Source of the DNA: an uncultured Bifidobacteriales bacterium
GTDB taxonomy: Bacteria; Fibrobacterota; Fibrobacteria; UBA11236; JADFYW01
Direction of reading: 5' to 3'
Length of the DNA stretch: 64,000 nucleotides
Assembly (NCBI GenBank): GCA_964603925.1
Contig: CAZRWX010000001.1
Location: 5,489-69,488, forward strand
Part shown: piece by piece, positions 27,782 through 37,890 of the stretch
How positions within the stretch are numbered: the stretch's first letter is position 1
Layout of the letters: every line of letters begins with the position of its first letter
The notes under the pieces: model-generated
Told to the model about the DNA's origin: nothing
Database searches by the model: none
Seen by the model: only the letters and a program-made list of their open reading frames with translations
Made by a program: the position numbers and the translations under genes

Positions 27782-29284
27782 ATGGCAAAATCAATCATTA
27801 AACAATCTGGCTGTATACTCAAGCTTACGCTCCTGTCAGTTGCTGTGTTCTCGCTTAGCGGCTGCATTTTTTCTTCCCTGGGGCAGAGCACCAACGATAC
27901 CCTGGGGCAGAGCACCAACGATATTCACCGTACCGTTCATATTCATATACCCTTCCCGGACACAAACAATCAAGGCATATGGTCTGGTAAAGACAGCAAG
28001 CCGTTTACATTGAATTCAGGTATTACACATGAGGGTGGACAAAATGTGCAATATATTGTTACCGGTCAGTATTTCGGCAACTGGGATCAGTCAATTGAGT
28101 TTAAATACAACCTATTTCTTCTCCAGTCTTATTATTTCTTTCCTGAACAGCTGCAATTTGTTGATACTGCCAACTGGGTCATAGACAGCCTTTTCGGGTT
28201 GACAGACGATTGGACTGTCTATTGGGACAGTACACTGGCTGAAACTCGCACCCAGGAGCTTATGACCACCCACAGCAATGGAGCGGTGGGTATACGGCTG
28301 GAGTACACCGCCTCCGGTGACACTCTGACTATTATGCAGGTTGCCCCAAATTCTCCGGCTCAAAGGGCAGGGCTCCAACCAGGCATGCGCATTATAAAGG
28401 TAAACGACAGTCTGGTTGCTGGTGACACACTCTGGAAAGCTTTTCATAATCTGACATTGGGTGACTCCGGCACAGCCCTTGAGCTCACACTCCTGCAAGG
28501 TGATTCCCTGTTTACGGTACCTTTAATAAAAGATGTTGTTGAATTCCCCTCTATCCTGACGGACACTCTGGAGGGGTTTGGATATATTCGGATTTTTTCT
28601 TTTACCTCATCCACCTATGATGGTAAATCCACCGCTGACGAGTTTAAAGAGGCTATCATTTCAACAAAGGGGCTTCCTGTTACACTTTTAGATTTAAGAA
28701 GTAATGGTGGTGGTTCACTGCAAGAGGTTATTGAGATGTGTGACGAAATACTTACCGGTGGTAATATAATTGTGCAGCAAGTGCGCAACCTTAACGAAAA
28801 CTGGATTCCCACAATAGAAACTCAGCCCATTACCGCGAGTCCTTCAGGGGAGGGGGTTGGCGGCCGATACATTCTGCTGGCTAACCGTGAGTCTGCCAGC
28901 TCTTCAGAAATTTTTATATCCGCTCTAATGGAGGGGGCCGGTATCGAACTTGTGGGAGACACCACTTTCGGCAAGGGAGTGGGCCAGAGCCTTTTCGACA
29001 CACCAGCCAAGGGGATGGCTAAAATCACCATGCTTTCTCTAAAAACCAGGAACGGCCGTGATTATAACGGGAGAGGCCTTAACCCGGATTACCCCGCCCA
29101 GGATGCCCTGGCAAAAGCTCTGGAAGTGGCTCGTCAAATGACGGGACAACTGGCAAAGGTATCGGCTATACAAAGACAGCGCAGTCTTTACCTTCTGGAG
29201 CTTAACTCCCGGGAACACATAAAATCCGCGGTCCAGGATATACTCATTGAGAAAACTCCGGGGGATCCAGGAAGAAATCCATAG
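27782..29284 (+). CDS. S41 family C-terminal processing peptidase (PDZ + S41) lipoprotein
   Basis: Lipobox SLSGCI. PDZ (IMQVAPNSPAQRAGLQPGMRIIKVND). S41 catalytic region (ILLANRESASSSEIFISALME; GDTTFGKGVGQ). Confidence 0.85.
   Translation: MAKSIIKQSGCILKLTLLSVAVFSLSGCIFSSLGQSTNDTLGQSTNDIHRTVHIHIPFPDTNNQGIWSGKDSKPFTLNSGITHEGGQNVQYIVTGQYFGNWDQSIEFKYNLFLLQSYYFFPEQLQFVDTANWVIDSLFGLTDDWTVYWDSTLAETRTQELMTTHSNGAVGIRLEYTASGDTLTIMQVAPNSPAQRAGLQPGMRIIKVNDSLVAGDTLWKAFHNLTLGDSGTALELTLLQGDSLFTVPLIKDVVEFPSILTDTLEGFGYIRIFSFTSSTYDGKSTADEFKEAIISTKGLPVTLLDLRSNGGGSLQEVIEMCDEILTGGNIIVQQVRNLNENWIPTIETQPITASPSGEGVGGRYILLANRESASSSEIFISALMEGAGIELVGDTTFGKGVGQSLFDTPAKGMAKITMLSLKTRNGRDYNGRGLNPDYPAQDALAKALEVARQMTGQLAKVSAIQRQRSLYLLELNSREHIKSAVQDILIEKTPGDPGRNP
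27876..27923 (+). repeat. Perfect 24-bp tandem duplication (ccctggggcagagcaccaacgata x2) inside the S41 peptidase gene (LGQSTNDT x2)
   Basis: Seen directly: 27876-27899 is identical to 27900-27923. Confidence 0.9.
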
Positions 29285-30137
29285 GGTTGAGTTTTTCCCC
29301 ATTCACTAATACCTCAAAATGAAGATGAGAACTGGTAGTAAAACCCGTTTGCCCAATTTTACCTATTTCATCACCCCTTTTAACACTCTGCCCTGCGCTT
29401 ACCCGGTAAGAGTCAAGATGAGCATAAAAAGTTTCAATATGACGGCTATGATGAATGCGGACATATTTACCATAGAAGACATCCGTACCCGCATCTTTTA
29501 CTAAACCACTGCCGGCGGCCAGAACCCAGTCATCCTGTTTACCAGAGAAGTCAACTCCCGGGTGCAGCGCCCATCGGTTAGTAAAAGGATTCAGCATCCT
29601 GCCAAATTGACGCGTAATGCGGCTGTCTACAGAAACCGGTCTGGTGGTAGGCAAATACGATATACCCTCAGGATTACTCTCCAGCTGTACAAGGAAACTG
29701 TCCAGCTTTGTGGAAAGTTGTAAGGCCTTTGCCAGAAGATATACAACTTCATGATTGGCCGGGTGATATGAAGGATAGAATGATTGAATACTCCCCTCCT
29801 CAATACCGGCAAACTCATTGCGTTTATCCAAAGCATATTTTGCTGTCTTATCTTTTTCATTATGCAGCTGAGTCAGGTTAAGTTTAATCTCTCTTTGAGC
29901 CTGCCCCAGAGAAATAAGCTTACGGGTGAGTTTAAGATTCTCCTGTGAAACTTTAGAGCGATATAGCTTGTGCTCAGTTTTTTCCCATAATACCCCCGAA
30001 AAAAATAAATAATAGCCGATGGCGCTAATAAGGGGGAAGAACAGAATAATGACTATGAAAAGCCTTTTGGTAATAACGAGCTTCCACTCCTCCCCCCCCT
30101 GAGACGAAAAAATATTAATATGAAAGTATTTGCTCAT
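29244..30137 (-). CDS. M23 family metallopeptidase (LytM/NlpD-like) with N-terminal TM anchor
   Basis: HPGVDFSG...YGKYVRIHH...YAHL...GQTGFTTSSHLHFEV (the HxxxD ... HxH M23 motifs). Confidence 0.85.
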   Translation of the reverse strand: MSKYFHINIFSSQGGEEWKLVITKRLFIVIILFFPLISAIGYYLFFSGVLWEKTEHKLYRSKVSQENLKLTRKLISLGQAQREIKLNLTQLHNEKDKTAKYALDKRNEFAGIEEGSIQSFYPSYHPANHEVVYLLAKALQLSTKLDSFLVQLESNPEGISYLPTTRPVSVDSRITRQFGRMLNPFTNRWALHPGVDFSGKQDDWVLAAGSGLVKDAGTDVFYGKYVRIHHSRHIETFYAHLDSYRVSAGQSVKRGDEIGKIGQTGFTTSSHLHFEVLVNGEKLNPMDFFLDPPEFSQ

Positions 30138-30162
30138 AACCCTGATGTATGCTGTTCAGCCC

Positions 30163-30384
30163 TTATTCTTTTGATTCGTCCCAGGGTTCTGGATCATCTT
30201 CTTCATCAATTTCAGTGGTGATAGTTTCCTCAATAATGTTGTTGTAGTTATCCTCAATAAACTGACAGACATCATCCTCTGCGAGTTGGTCATCATCATG
30301 GGCCATCTCCAGAATGCAGAGAGCGGTCGATATCATAATTTCTTTGACCAGCTCTTCTTCATATAATTTACGATGTTCCTCCAA
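30163..30384 (-). CDS. Small acidic hypothetical protein (73 aa)
   Basis: ORF only. Very acidic (DEEDDPEPWDESKE). May be spurious. Confidence 0.3.
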   Translation of the reverse strand: MEEHRKLYEEELVKEIMISTALCILEMAHDDDQLAEDDVCQFIEDNYNNIIEETITTEIDEEDDPEPWDESKE

Positions 30385-30544
30385 AACCGCCCCCGGACCT
30401 AAAATATGCTCCTAATTTAGCCATTGATGGGCCAAGAAGGTACCCCTTAAGGTTTATGGAGTAATACAGCACCTTTAGGTGACGTTAAATTTACAGGTTT
30501 TTATCTTAATCCACATTAATATAAATCCCAGGTAACCCATCTAT

Positions 30545-31843
30545 ATGTCAATAAATACCCCCAATAAAATTGTTCCTGCCGGTGCCATAAGGGTTGCGGC
30601 CATTATATCAAAAGAGGTTATAATCCCCATAGCAATGGCCTTAATTGTTATTCAGTTTGTTATCCAGGCTTTTAAAATACCAACTGGTTCCATGGAGAAT
30701 TCTCTTCTGGAGGGTGACTTTCTTCTGGGTCTTAAGTTTATTTATGGCTCTCCGGTTCCGTTTACCCATAAAAAGTTGCCCGCTCTCGCGCAACCTCAAC
30801 CAGGTGATGTACTTATTTTTAAATACCCCGGAGACCCAGAATACCCTGATTACAATCCCAGCCGGTACAAATTTCTGGCCAATCTTTTTTTGTTCGGCAA
30901 CCTTTACTGGGATAAGCAGCCCCAACCAGGCCAAAACCACCTTGTATGGTACGCACCCAAAGATTTCATTAAAAGATGTGTAGCCAAAAGCGGACAAACA
31001 GTTAAAGTCCGGAGAAAAACCCTTAGTCTCGATGGTAAAAAGGTTCCGCTTCCCCCAAAAGGCAAGTATATGAGCGGTATGGCGTTTTCACCTATCCGTG
31101 ATTCCCTGGATTTCCTATTGCCCACTCCAGGTACACAATACAAGATGGACACTCTTACTCTTACCCAGGCGGCCTGGATTCGCAGCCTGGCACTGCAGGA
31201 GAACCCGGACAAAAAAGTCGGCCTTCATATAGATCTTTACATAAACGACACATTATCCAATCAGGAGGTATTCTCCGAGGTACTGCTTCCTTATACAATG
31301 GATAATCGCAATATTTTCTACTTCCTGGGTAAAAAAGGCTGGATAAGCAATCGCGGCAATAAAGTTTATTATCAAACCCGGGACATCTCTTTTAAAGAAA
31401 TCCAAACCGTAGCTAAAACCGGTTTTATGGATTTAGAAAATATGCTGCAGCCCCTGTCACATCAAAAAGGCACTAAAAGGGTCATGAGCTATGAGTATTT
31501 CTTCGGCAAATACCTCGAAGAGCTGCTGTCCCATATTCAACTTTATTATGAGGGCATGGGCCAGCATATCGCCTTTGTCCCCTCACTTGTTATTGACGGT
31601 AAAAAGCAAACTGAATATACAACCCGGTATAACTGCTACTTGATGATGGGGGACAACCGGGACAATTCCTCAGATGGCAGGTACTGGGGTTTACTGTCAG
31701 AACAAAACGTCAAAGCCAAAGCTTTTATTACCTATTTATCCCTGGAAAACAGCGATAACACTTTAAAATTTTCCAATCCATTTTCCTGGCTTCTGCTACC
31801 ATTTAAAATTCGTTGGTCCCGTATCGGCAAGTTAATTGAGTAA
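30545..31843 (+). CDS. lepB: Signal peptidase I (S26), unusually long (432 aa)
   Basis: N-terminal TM segment. Ser box GSMENSLLEGDFLL (GDSMxPTL-like). Box E YLMMGDNRDNSSDGRYWG. A roughly 200-aa insertion lies between the boxes. Confidence 0.85.
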   Translation: MSINTPNKIVPAGAIRVAAIISKEVIIPIAMALIVIQFVIQAFKIPTGSMENSLLEGDFLLGLKFIYGSPVPFTHKKLPALAQPQPGDVLIFKYPGDPEYPDYNPSRYKFLANLFLFGNLYWDKQPQPGQNHLVWYAPKDFIKRCVAKSGQTVKVRRKTLSLDGKKVPLPPKGKYMSGMAFSPIRDSLDFLLPTPGTQYKMDTLTLTQAAWIRSLALQENPDKKVGLHIDLYINDTLSNQEVFSEVLLPYTMDNRNIFYFLGKKGWISNRGNKVYYQTRDISFKEIQTVAKTGFMDLENMLQPLSHQKGTKRVMSYEYFFGKYLEELLSHIQLYYEGMGQHIAFVPSLVIDGKKQTEYTTRYNCYLMMGDNRDNSSDGRYWGLLSEQNVKAKAFITYLSLENSDNTLKFSNPFSWLLLPFKIRWSRIGKLIE

Positions 31844-33743
31844 TATTACAACCAAATCCCCCACGGTTTTGACATTTTTCAGGGGGCCTGATATATATAT
31901 AAAATTCAGGTTATGGGCACGCATCGCCCGCCTGGCAGCCGTCGTATTACTCACAAATCATTGTGCCTATATGGAGCCACCTCCAGGCGGACCGGAGGAC
32001 AAGACACCGCCATACTTAAAAGCCCTAAAGCCCGCACCTGGGGCCTTGAACCAACCCCTGAACATGGACATTGAATTTCACTTCTCAGAATGGGTTCAAA
32101 AAGACATCCAGCGCAATAAAATAATCATTTCCCCTCTATTACCTATAAGGCCCAGCATCAAGGTCTCAGGGGACATAGTTAAAATCGAGTGCGATAAACC
32201 ACTATCAATAAATACAACGTACATCGTTTCTCTTTTACCAACCATTCAAGATTTACATCAAACACAGCTGGTGCAGCCATTTACTTTAATGTTTTCCACA
32301 GGCCCGTCCTTGGATACCGGTCATGTCACTACCCGGGCCTGGGAGAAGGATAACCTCACACCTTCTTATTTATTGGGCCTGTACCCCCTGGAGGGCCGCA
32401 GCAGGTGGAGCCACATTACTGACACTACCCATGCGCTTCCACATCCCGCTACCGAACGGCCCCTTTATCTGGCCCCATCAGACACTCTGGGCAATGCAGA
32501 CTTAAATGGTATAATTCAAGGTCCTTATCGCTTGCTTGCCTTTCAGGACATTAATGGCAATTTTAAACCTGATATCGGTACAGAAAAAATAGCCATTGGC
32601 CCTGAGCTGCACTGCCACCGCGATACCAAACCTCTGGGTTTGTTCCTGGGGGATTACGATACTTTAAAACTTAAGCTGTTATCGGCAAACTTTCAGGGTG
32701 ATACCGTTATCAGCAAGGGTCAAAAGTCTCAAGTCCGGGGGGTGGTTTCTTTAAAATTTTCTTCAGATATAATATTACCCGAATCAAACCCGCAAAACCT
32801 ATTCAAGGTAATCAGCGCAGACAGCGTAGACACCATACCCATAATAAGCTTTGCCGCCCTACCTGCAAACAGGGAGATTGAACTGGCTCTTGGGGCCCTC
32901 AATATTGACAGTACTTATCTGGTATACTCTCTGGGGGGGCGGGACAAATACCAGAATTCCATGGACACGGTCCGATTCTGGGCACCCTTTAAGGCTCAGA
33001 GGAATATTGACTCCCTGCCCGGGCGCTACATGTCCATAAACTATAAAAGCGGAGATTCTGGCGTTTTTCTACGACATCGCCTAAAATTTTCATCAAGTAA
33101 AACACTGATACCATTAAGCGTAAAAACCCTGCAAAAGCAAATAACCTGTACCCTGGACGACTCCATTCTCCCCATAAATGTTGAAGTTTTAAATCATCGG
33201 TACTTCGTCGCTCATCTGCCCTCTCTGCCCTACAAGGGCCAGCGTTTAGCAATAAAGCAAAATATCCCTGCCGCCGTCGATACATCTGCCCGCCAGGACA
33301 GCACAGATATCAAAACGGACAGCCTGAAACCCGAAGCAGTAAATAAAGACTCATACCGCATGCTGCTATCTCTGAAGCTGGCAAGAGGTAGCGCACTTAC
33401 ACGTTGTGAAATAGTACAACCCGATAAAGTCAATCAATGGACAGTGACTATGACCCACATTACTTCAAAACATGAGTTCGAAAAAAAGTGCCTTCGACGT
33501 GGTCAGGACGTCATTGACAGCCTGCCCCCCGGCGCATATACCCTTAAGTATTATCTGGATAAAAATAATAACGGGAGATGGGATGCCGGCCGTATTAAGC
33601 CCTGGGTTCCTCAGGAGGCATTTGGCACTTTTTCGGATACTCTCACTCTGGATAGCTCTAAAACAGGCAGGGCTGTTTTATCATGGCCTGTGGTTACATC
33701 TAAAAACCCTATTCACACTACAACTTCAGATAAAGTAAATTAA
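31836..33743 (+). CDS. Hypothetical lipoprotein with Ig-like (SbsA/Big-type) regions
   Basis: Lipobox-like LLTNHCAY. Beta-rich sequence. 8-bp overlap with the lepB stop. No confident family assignment. Confidence 0.5.
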   Translation: MSNITTKSPTVLTFFRGPDIYIKFRLWARIARLAAVVLLTNHCAYMEPPPGGPEDKTPPYLKALKPAPGALNQPLNMDIEFHFSEWVQKDIQRNKIIISPLLPIRPSIKVSGDIVKIECDKPLSINTTYIVSLLPTIQDLHQTQLVQPFTLMFSTGPSLDTGHVTTRAWEKDNLTPSYLLGLYPLEGRSRWSHITDTTHALPHPATERPLYLAPSDTLGNADLNGIIQGPYRLLAFQDINGNFKPDIGTEKIAIGPELHCHRDTKPLGLFLGDYDTLKLKLLSANFQGDTVISKGQKSQVRGVVSLKFSSDIILPESNPQNLFKVISADSVDTIPIISFAALPANREIELALGALNIDSTYLVYSLGGRDKYQNSMDTVRFWAPFKAQRNIDSLPGRYMSINYKSGDSGVFLRHRLKFSSSKTLIPLSVKTLQKQITCTLDDSILPINVEVLNHRYFVAHLPSLPYKGQRLAIKQNIPAAVDTSARQDSTDIKTDSLKPEAVNKDSYRMLLSLKLARGSALTRCEIVQPDKVNQWTVTMTHITSKHEFEKKCLRRGQDVIDSLPPGAYTLKYYLDKNNNGRWDAGRIKPWVPQEAFGTFSDTLTLDSSKTGRAVLSWPVVTSKNPIHTTTSDKVN

Positions 33744-33750
33744 GGTTTTT

Positions 33751-36405
33751 ATGCAGCATCCCTTCAAACAATTTATTGCCTTTGACCTAGAGACCACTGG
33801 GCTTGATCCTGACAAAGACACCATTATTGAAATTGGTGCCGTAAAATTTGAAGATTCCAGACCTGTCGACACCTTTTCTACAAAGGTTAGACTGAATGGT
33901 GAATTGAATTATTTTATTGAGCAGCTGACTGGTATTCACAGCACCGACCTTACAAAGGCACCTTCCTGTGAAGAGGCCCTGTTGCAGTTCCGCTCATTTA
34001 TCGGCCACCTACCTCTGGTGGCCCATAACAGCGATGTGGATGAAAAGTTCATAAATATTGCCATAAGTAATCATAATCTACCCACCCTGACAAACCCCAT
34101 ATATGACAATTTGTTATTCAGCCGTATCTGCTGGCCATCGGCACCAAATCACCGACTGGGAACACTTATTAAGTATCTTAATATTGATATAAAGGGCTCG
34201 CACAGGGCCTCTATAGATGCTGAAGCCTGTGGTAAAATTTTTATCATGGCTATGGCGGGCATAGAGTCATTTTCCCCGCAGACACTCGGTGAATGCCATT
34301 ATCTTACAAAAGGTACTACCCTAAATATTCATGGTTTTTTTGACTATGCCTGCCGGTACATTAATAATGATGTGCAAAATATACTGCCAGAAACAGACAG
34401 CGTCCCCATCCCGCAAATAGTCTCTACCAGTACCCGAAAGGTCTCCTGCTCAGACTCTAATCCACCGAATTCTGCCTTTCATCAAATCTTTAAAAAGGCC
34501 TCTTACAGCTATGTGGAGATTTCCAGCGAAAAAAGCAGCCGGGAACTGCTTGAAGCAGCTTGCTCTTATATAATAGAGGAAGGTAAAAATATTGCCTGGC
34601 TGATAAATAGCCACAGCCTGGGCAGCAGTGTCTACCATAACTGGTTAAATCACTACAAAGGGAAGTTCCCCGGTATAATATGTCAGTGCTGGGGGGCTCA
34701 TGACAGGTTTTTAGATAAAAAGAACTGGCAAATGGTATTAGACCACAAAGCAGACCTGCTCTCTATTGAAGAAACTAAGGAATCACTGCTCCTGTGTTCG
34801 TGGTTAGCTCAAAAAGGGCACAGAGACATCGGCGCATGTAAGGGTTTCAGCCGGTATAAAAACGAAACACTATGGGAAAAACTAAAAAAAACCAGACGTA
34901 ATGCTTCCATAGGAGCTGATTTTTCTACTGCAATCTCTTCCCGGCAGGACGGGAGCGGCCAACTTCTGGCTATTGTAGATGAAGAATACTTTATTGAGGA
35001 TTTACACCTGGATTTAGCCCAGCTTTCCCAGTTTGATTTTCTCATAATTGAGGATACAGACAATTTTTTAAATAGCATCAGTAAGATTCAGAAAACCAGT
35101 CTCAGCTTTTTTGGTTTTAAACGCATCCTGCAAAATCTTTTTAATCCCCGGCAGGGGAGCACCGGCATATTGCCAGCTCTCAAGGCCTCAGAATTCCTAT
35201 CCTCAGATGCAGGCATTTTAATTGACAAATGTATCGACAGCATAAATATCTCAGACAAATACTTTCATCGGTTTCTTTTGAAAATAGGCGCCTTCTGCAA
35301 GAAAAAGAGAGAAAGCCTGAGCCATAAAATCCGGCTGACACAGCCAGTGGCACTTACATTTAATTCCGACCCTCTAAAATTTAAAAATTCCCTGATAGAG
35401 CTGACTGGTTTTCTGGAAGCGCTTATAAATAGCTTTGATGGATCCGGCTCAGAACAGGCATTTTCAACCTGGGCACACCATCACCTGGTAAATGCTCTGG
35501 AAAAAATCAATTCGTTTTCATTTTCATTTGATGAAATCATCAATGTAACTAACCCGGAGAAGGCATATTGGATTGAATCACCGGGCAATCCTCATAAAAT
35601 TATTCTTTCCAGTCAGACAATTAACTTATCTGTATTTCTCCAACAAAAGTTCCTCCCCTTAAATATTCCCGTCCTTTTTGGTTCTCCCCATGCTGCAATT
35701 CAACAAACATTTATTAGCAAAAGCCTGGGTTTAAAACCTAAAGATCTGTTTATATTACCCCCTGCACCGCATACACAATTCACCAGCAGGATTTTGCTGC
35801 CAAAATGGAAAAGCGATAATGAAGCCAGTAAAGATATCGAGCAGCTGGTTTTTACAAACCTAAGCCAGCTGAACACCATATCAATAGTATTCTTTTCCAG
35901 TAACAGCCACTTGATCCGCGCTTACACAAAAGCAGTCCCCATTTTTAAAAAAGCCGGCCGGCATCTGCTTGCCCATGGGCCAGATGGCTCCAAAGAAAAC
36001 CTGAAGGCCCTTTTGCCCAGGTTCCCCCATGCATGTATACTGGCCACATACTCAATAGGGGATTTAAGAAGTTTTGTGCCTATAGATTTAGCTGTAATTC
36101 TGCGCCTGCCCTTTCCTTCTTCAAAAGACCCTTATTCAGAGGCCTGCATTGAATATTTACAGGAAAAAGGGAAAAACGCCTTTAAAGATCATATACTGCC
36201 AGAAGCTATAAACACCATGGCAAGGGTCAAAAGCGCATTTGGGGATAAGGAAACTGGAAAATCCGCGCTTTGGTTAATGGACGAACGTATAAGCCAAAAA
36301 ACCTATGGTAATTCGTTATTAAAATCATTGGGGGGCTCCATTATCCACAGCCAGACGCCTGCTGACATGCTGGACGCTACCCGCAAATTTCTGGATTTAA
36401 ACTAA
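33751..36405 (+). CDS. DEDDh 3'-5' exonuclease (DnaQ-like) fused to DinG/Rad3-like helicase-C domain lacking a Walker A motif
   Basis: Exo motifs I FIAFDLETTGL, II HNSDVDEKFI, III HRASIDAEA. The C-terminal 250 aa match DinG helicase_C_2 (ILATYSIGDLRSF...VILRLPFPSSKDPY...FGDKETGKSALWLMDERI). No GxGKT/S anywhere. The DEAH box position reads IIEDTD. Confidence 0.75.
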   Translation: MQHPFKQFIAFDLETTGLDPDKDTIIEIGAVKFEDSRPVDTFSTKVRLNGELNYFIEQLTGIHSTDLTKAPSCEEALLQFRSFIGHLPLVAHNSDVDEKFINIAISNHNLPTLTNPIYDNLLFSRICWPSAPNHRLGTLIKYLNIDIKGSHRASIDAEACGKIFIMAMAGIESFSPQTLGECHYLTKGTTLNIHGFFDYACRYINNDVQNILPETDSVPIPQIVSTSTRKVSCSDSNPPNSAFHQIFKKASYSYVEISSEKSSRELLEAACSYIIEEGKNIAWLINSHSLGSSVYHNWLNHYKGKFPGIICQCWGAHDRFLDKKNWQMVLDHKADLLSIEETKESLLLCSWLAQKGHRDIGACKGFSRYKNETLWEKLKKTRRNASIGADFSTAISSRQDGSGQLLAIVDEEYFIEDLHLDLAQLSQFDFLIIEDTDNFLNSISKIQKTSLSFFGFKRILQNLFNPRQGSTGILPALKASEFLSSDAGILIDKCIDSINISDKYFHRFLLKIGAFCKKKRESLSHKIRLTQPVALTFNSDPLKFKNSLIELTGFLEALINSFDGSGSEQAFSTWAHHHLVNALEKINSFSFSFDEIINVTNPEKAYWIESPGNPHKIILSSQTINLSVFLQQKFLPLNIPVLFGSPHAAIQQTFISKSLGLKPKDLFILPPAPHTQFTSRILLPKWKSDNEASKDIEQLVFTNLSQLNTISIVFFSSNSHLIRAYTKAVPIFKKAGRHLLAHGPDGSKENLKALLPRFPHACILATYSIGDLRSFVPIDLAVILRLPFPSSKDPYSEACIEYLQEKGKNAFKDHILPEAINTMARVKSAFGDKETGKSALWLMDERISQKTYGNSLLKSLGGSIIHSQTPADMLDATRKFLDLN

Positions 36406-36529
36406 AGCCATTTAACCCTAAAAGGAACTACCTATTTATTAACAGGCCTATTTTATACTTTGAGGGCTTTAATGGCTTACCAGGGAGAAAATATGACAAA
36501 TGCTCCCTATTTAAATACATATTTTTATT

Positions 36530-37054
36530 ATGACCTTTTGGACCCACATCCTTAAATATTGCAGGTTTTACCGGATCTGGCTTGTTATCCCGGGGATTAT
36601 GGTATTATGGTCATTTCCAGGGTGTTATACATTTTCAGGCACAACACTCCCGGGCCACCTTAAAACTATTCAAATTAATCCGGCCATCAACCAGACCTTG
36701 GACCCCGCCCTGGCAGAGCGGCTTACTCAGGCTGTAATTCGCGGATTTGAGAACCGCAGTTCACTGCGTGCCGTCAATGAAAACGGCCATTGTGAACTCA
36801 AGCTTGTACTGAGCACATACAGCCACACCCCTTATAATACAAGCGGCAGCGATGTAACAGACTATCGCATAGACCTGTCGGTAGCTGTGCAGTTTTATGA
36901 TCATATCAAAGATAAAATCCTGTTTGAGGAGAAATCTCTCCCGGGGTTTGCCACCTACTCAATAGTTAAAGCGCAAACAGAGTTGGATGGCCAGAAGTTA
37001 GCTATCGATAATATCGTTGAGTTAATTTTAGACAACACTATATCGGGGTGGTGA
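36530..37054 (+). CDS. Hypothetical lipoprotein, possibly LptE-like
   Basis: Lipobox SFPGCYTF followed by a beta-rich region. Size (174 aa) and position resemble LptE. Weak. Confidence 0.4.
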   Translation: MTFWTHILKYCRFYRIWLVIPGIMVLWSFPGCYTFSGTTLPGHLKTIQINPAINQTLDPALAERLTQAVIRGFENRSSLRAVNENGHCELKLVLSTYSHTPYNTSGSDVTDYRIDLSVAVQFYDHIKDKILFEEKSLPGFATYSIVKAQTELDGQKLAIDNIVELILDNTISGW

Positions 37055-37888
37055 ATGAAGTTCATCAAAATGCACGGCATTGGTAATGATTATGTTTTTG
37101 TAGACTGTTTTAAGGAAGATGTGGCTAATCCAGCCCAGGTTGCCCGTGATATCAGCCACAGGCATTTTGGCGTAGGCAGCGACGGTCTTATACTCATTAA
37201 ACCATGGTCTGACGGGGACGGCGAAATGGAGATGTACAACGCAGACGGCAGTCGTGCAGAAATGTGCGGCAACGGGCTGCGGTGCGTGGCAAAGTACATT
37301 TACGATCATCACAACCCGGGCAAAAACAAGCTTAATCTCCTTACCGGCAGGGGGCCGCTTTTGGCAATTGTACATACTGATAACCATGGTTTGGCCGACT
37401 CTGTAACCATTGATATGGATAAGCCCATATTCCCAGGGTCCCTGGTTCCTGTTAATATCGACAAGGAGAGAGTCATAGGCGAGCACCTCAGCATCGGCAG
37501 CCAAACATTTACTTTCTCCAGCATAAGTATGGGTAATCCCCATTGCGTTATTTTTGTTGATGACGTTGAGTCCTTTCCAGTTACCTCTATCGGCCCCAAA
37601 ATTGAAACCCACCCGTTGTTCCCAGCCAGGGTAAATGTGGAGTTTGTACAAAAGGTGTCCTCTAGAGAGTTTATCCAGCGCACCTGGGAAAGAGGTTCAG
37701 GGGAAACATGGGCCTGTGGGACTGGCGCTTCAGCAGTAGCTGTAGTGGCCGTACTCCAGGGTATGGCAGAGAGCTCCATCACCATTCATCTCAAGGGTGG
37801 CGACCTCAAGCTGGAATATCAGGAGGGAGACAGCGTTAAGCTGACAGGCCCGGCTGTAGAGGCCTTCCAGGGGGAGTGGCCGCTGTAA
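37055..37888 (+). CDS. dapF: Diaminopimelate epimerase
   Basis: FIKMHGIGNDYVFVD, MCGNGLRCVAKY, and ACGTGASAV (the two catalytic Cys motifs). Confidence 0.9.
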   Translation: MKFIKMHGIGNDYVFVDCFKEDVANPAQVARDISHRHFGVGSDGLILIKPWSDGDGEMEMYNADGSRAEMCGNGLRCVAKYIYDHHNPGKNKLNLLTGRGPLLAIVHTDNHGLADSVTIDMDKPIFPGSLVPVNIDKERVIGEHLSIGSQTFTFSSISMGNPHCVIFVDDVESFPVTSIGPKIETHPLFPARVNVEFVQKVSSREFIQRTWERGSGETWACGTGASAVAVVAVLQGMAESSITIHLKGGDLKLEYQEGDSVKLTGPAVEAFQGEWPL

Positions 37889-37890
37889 GC

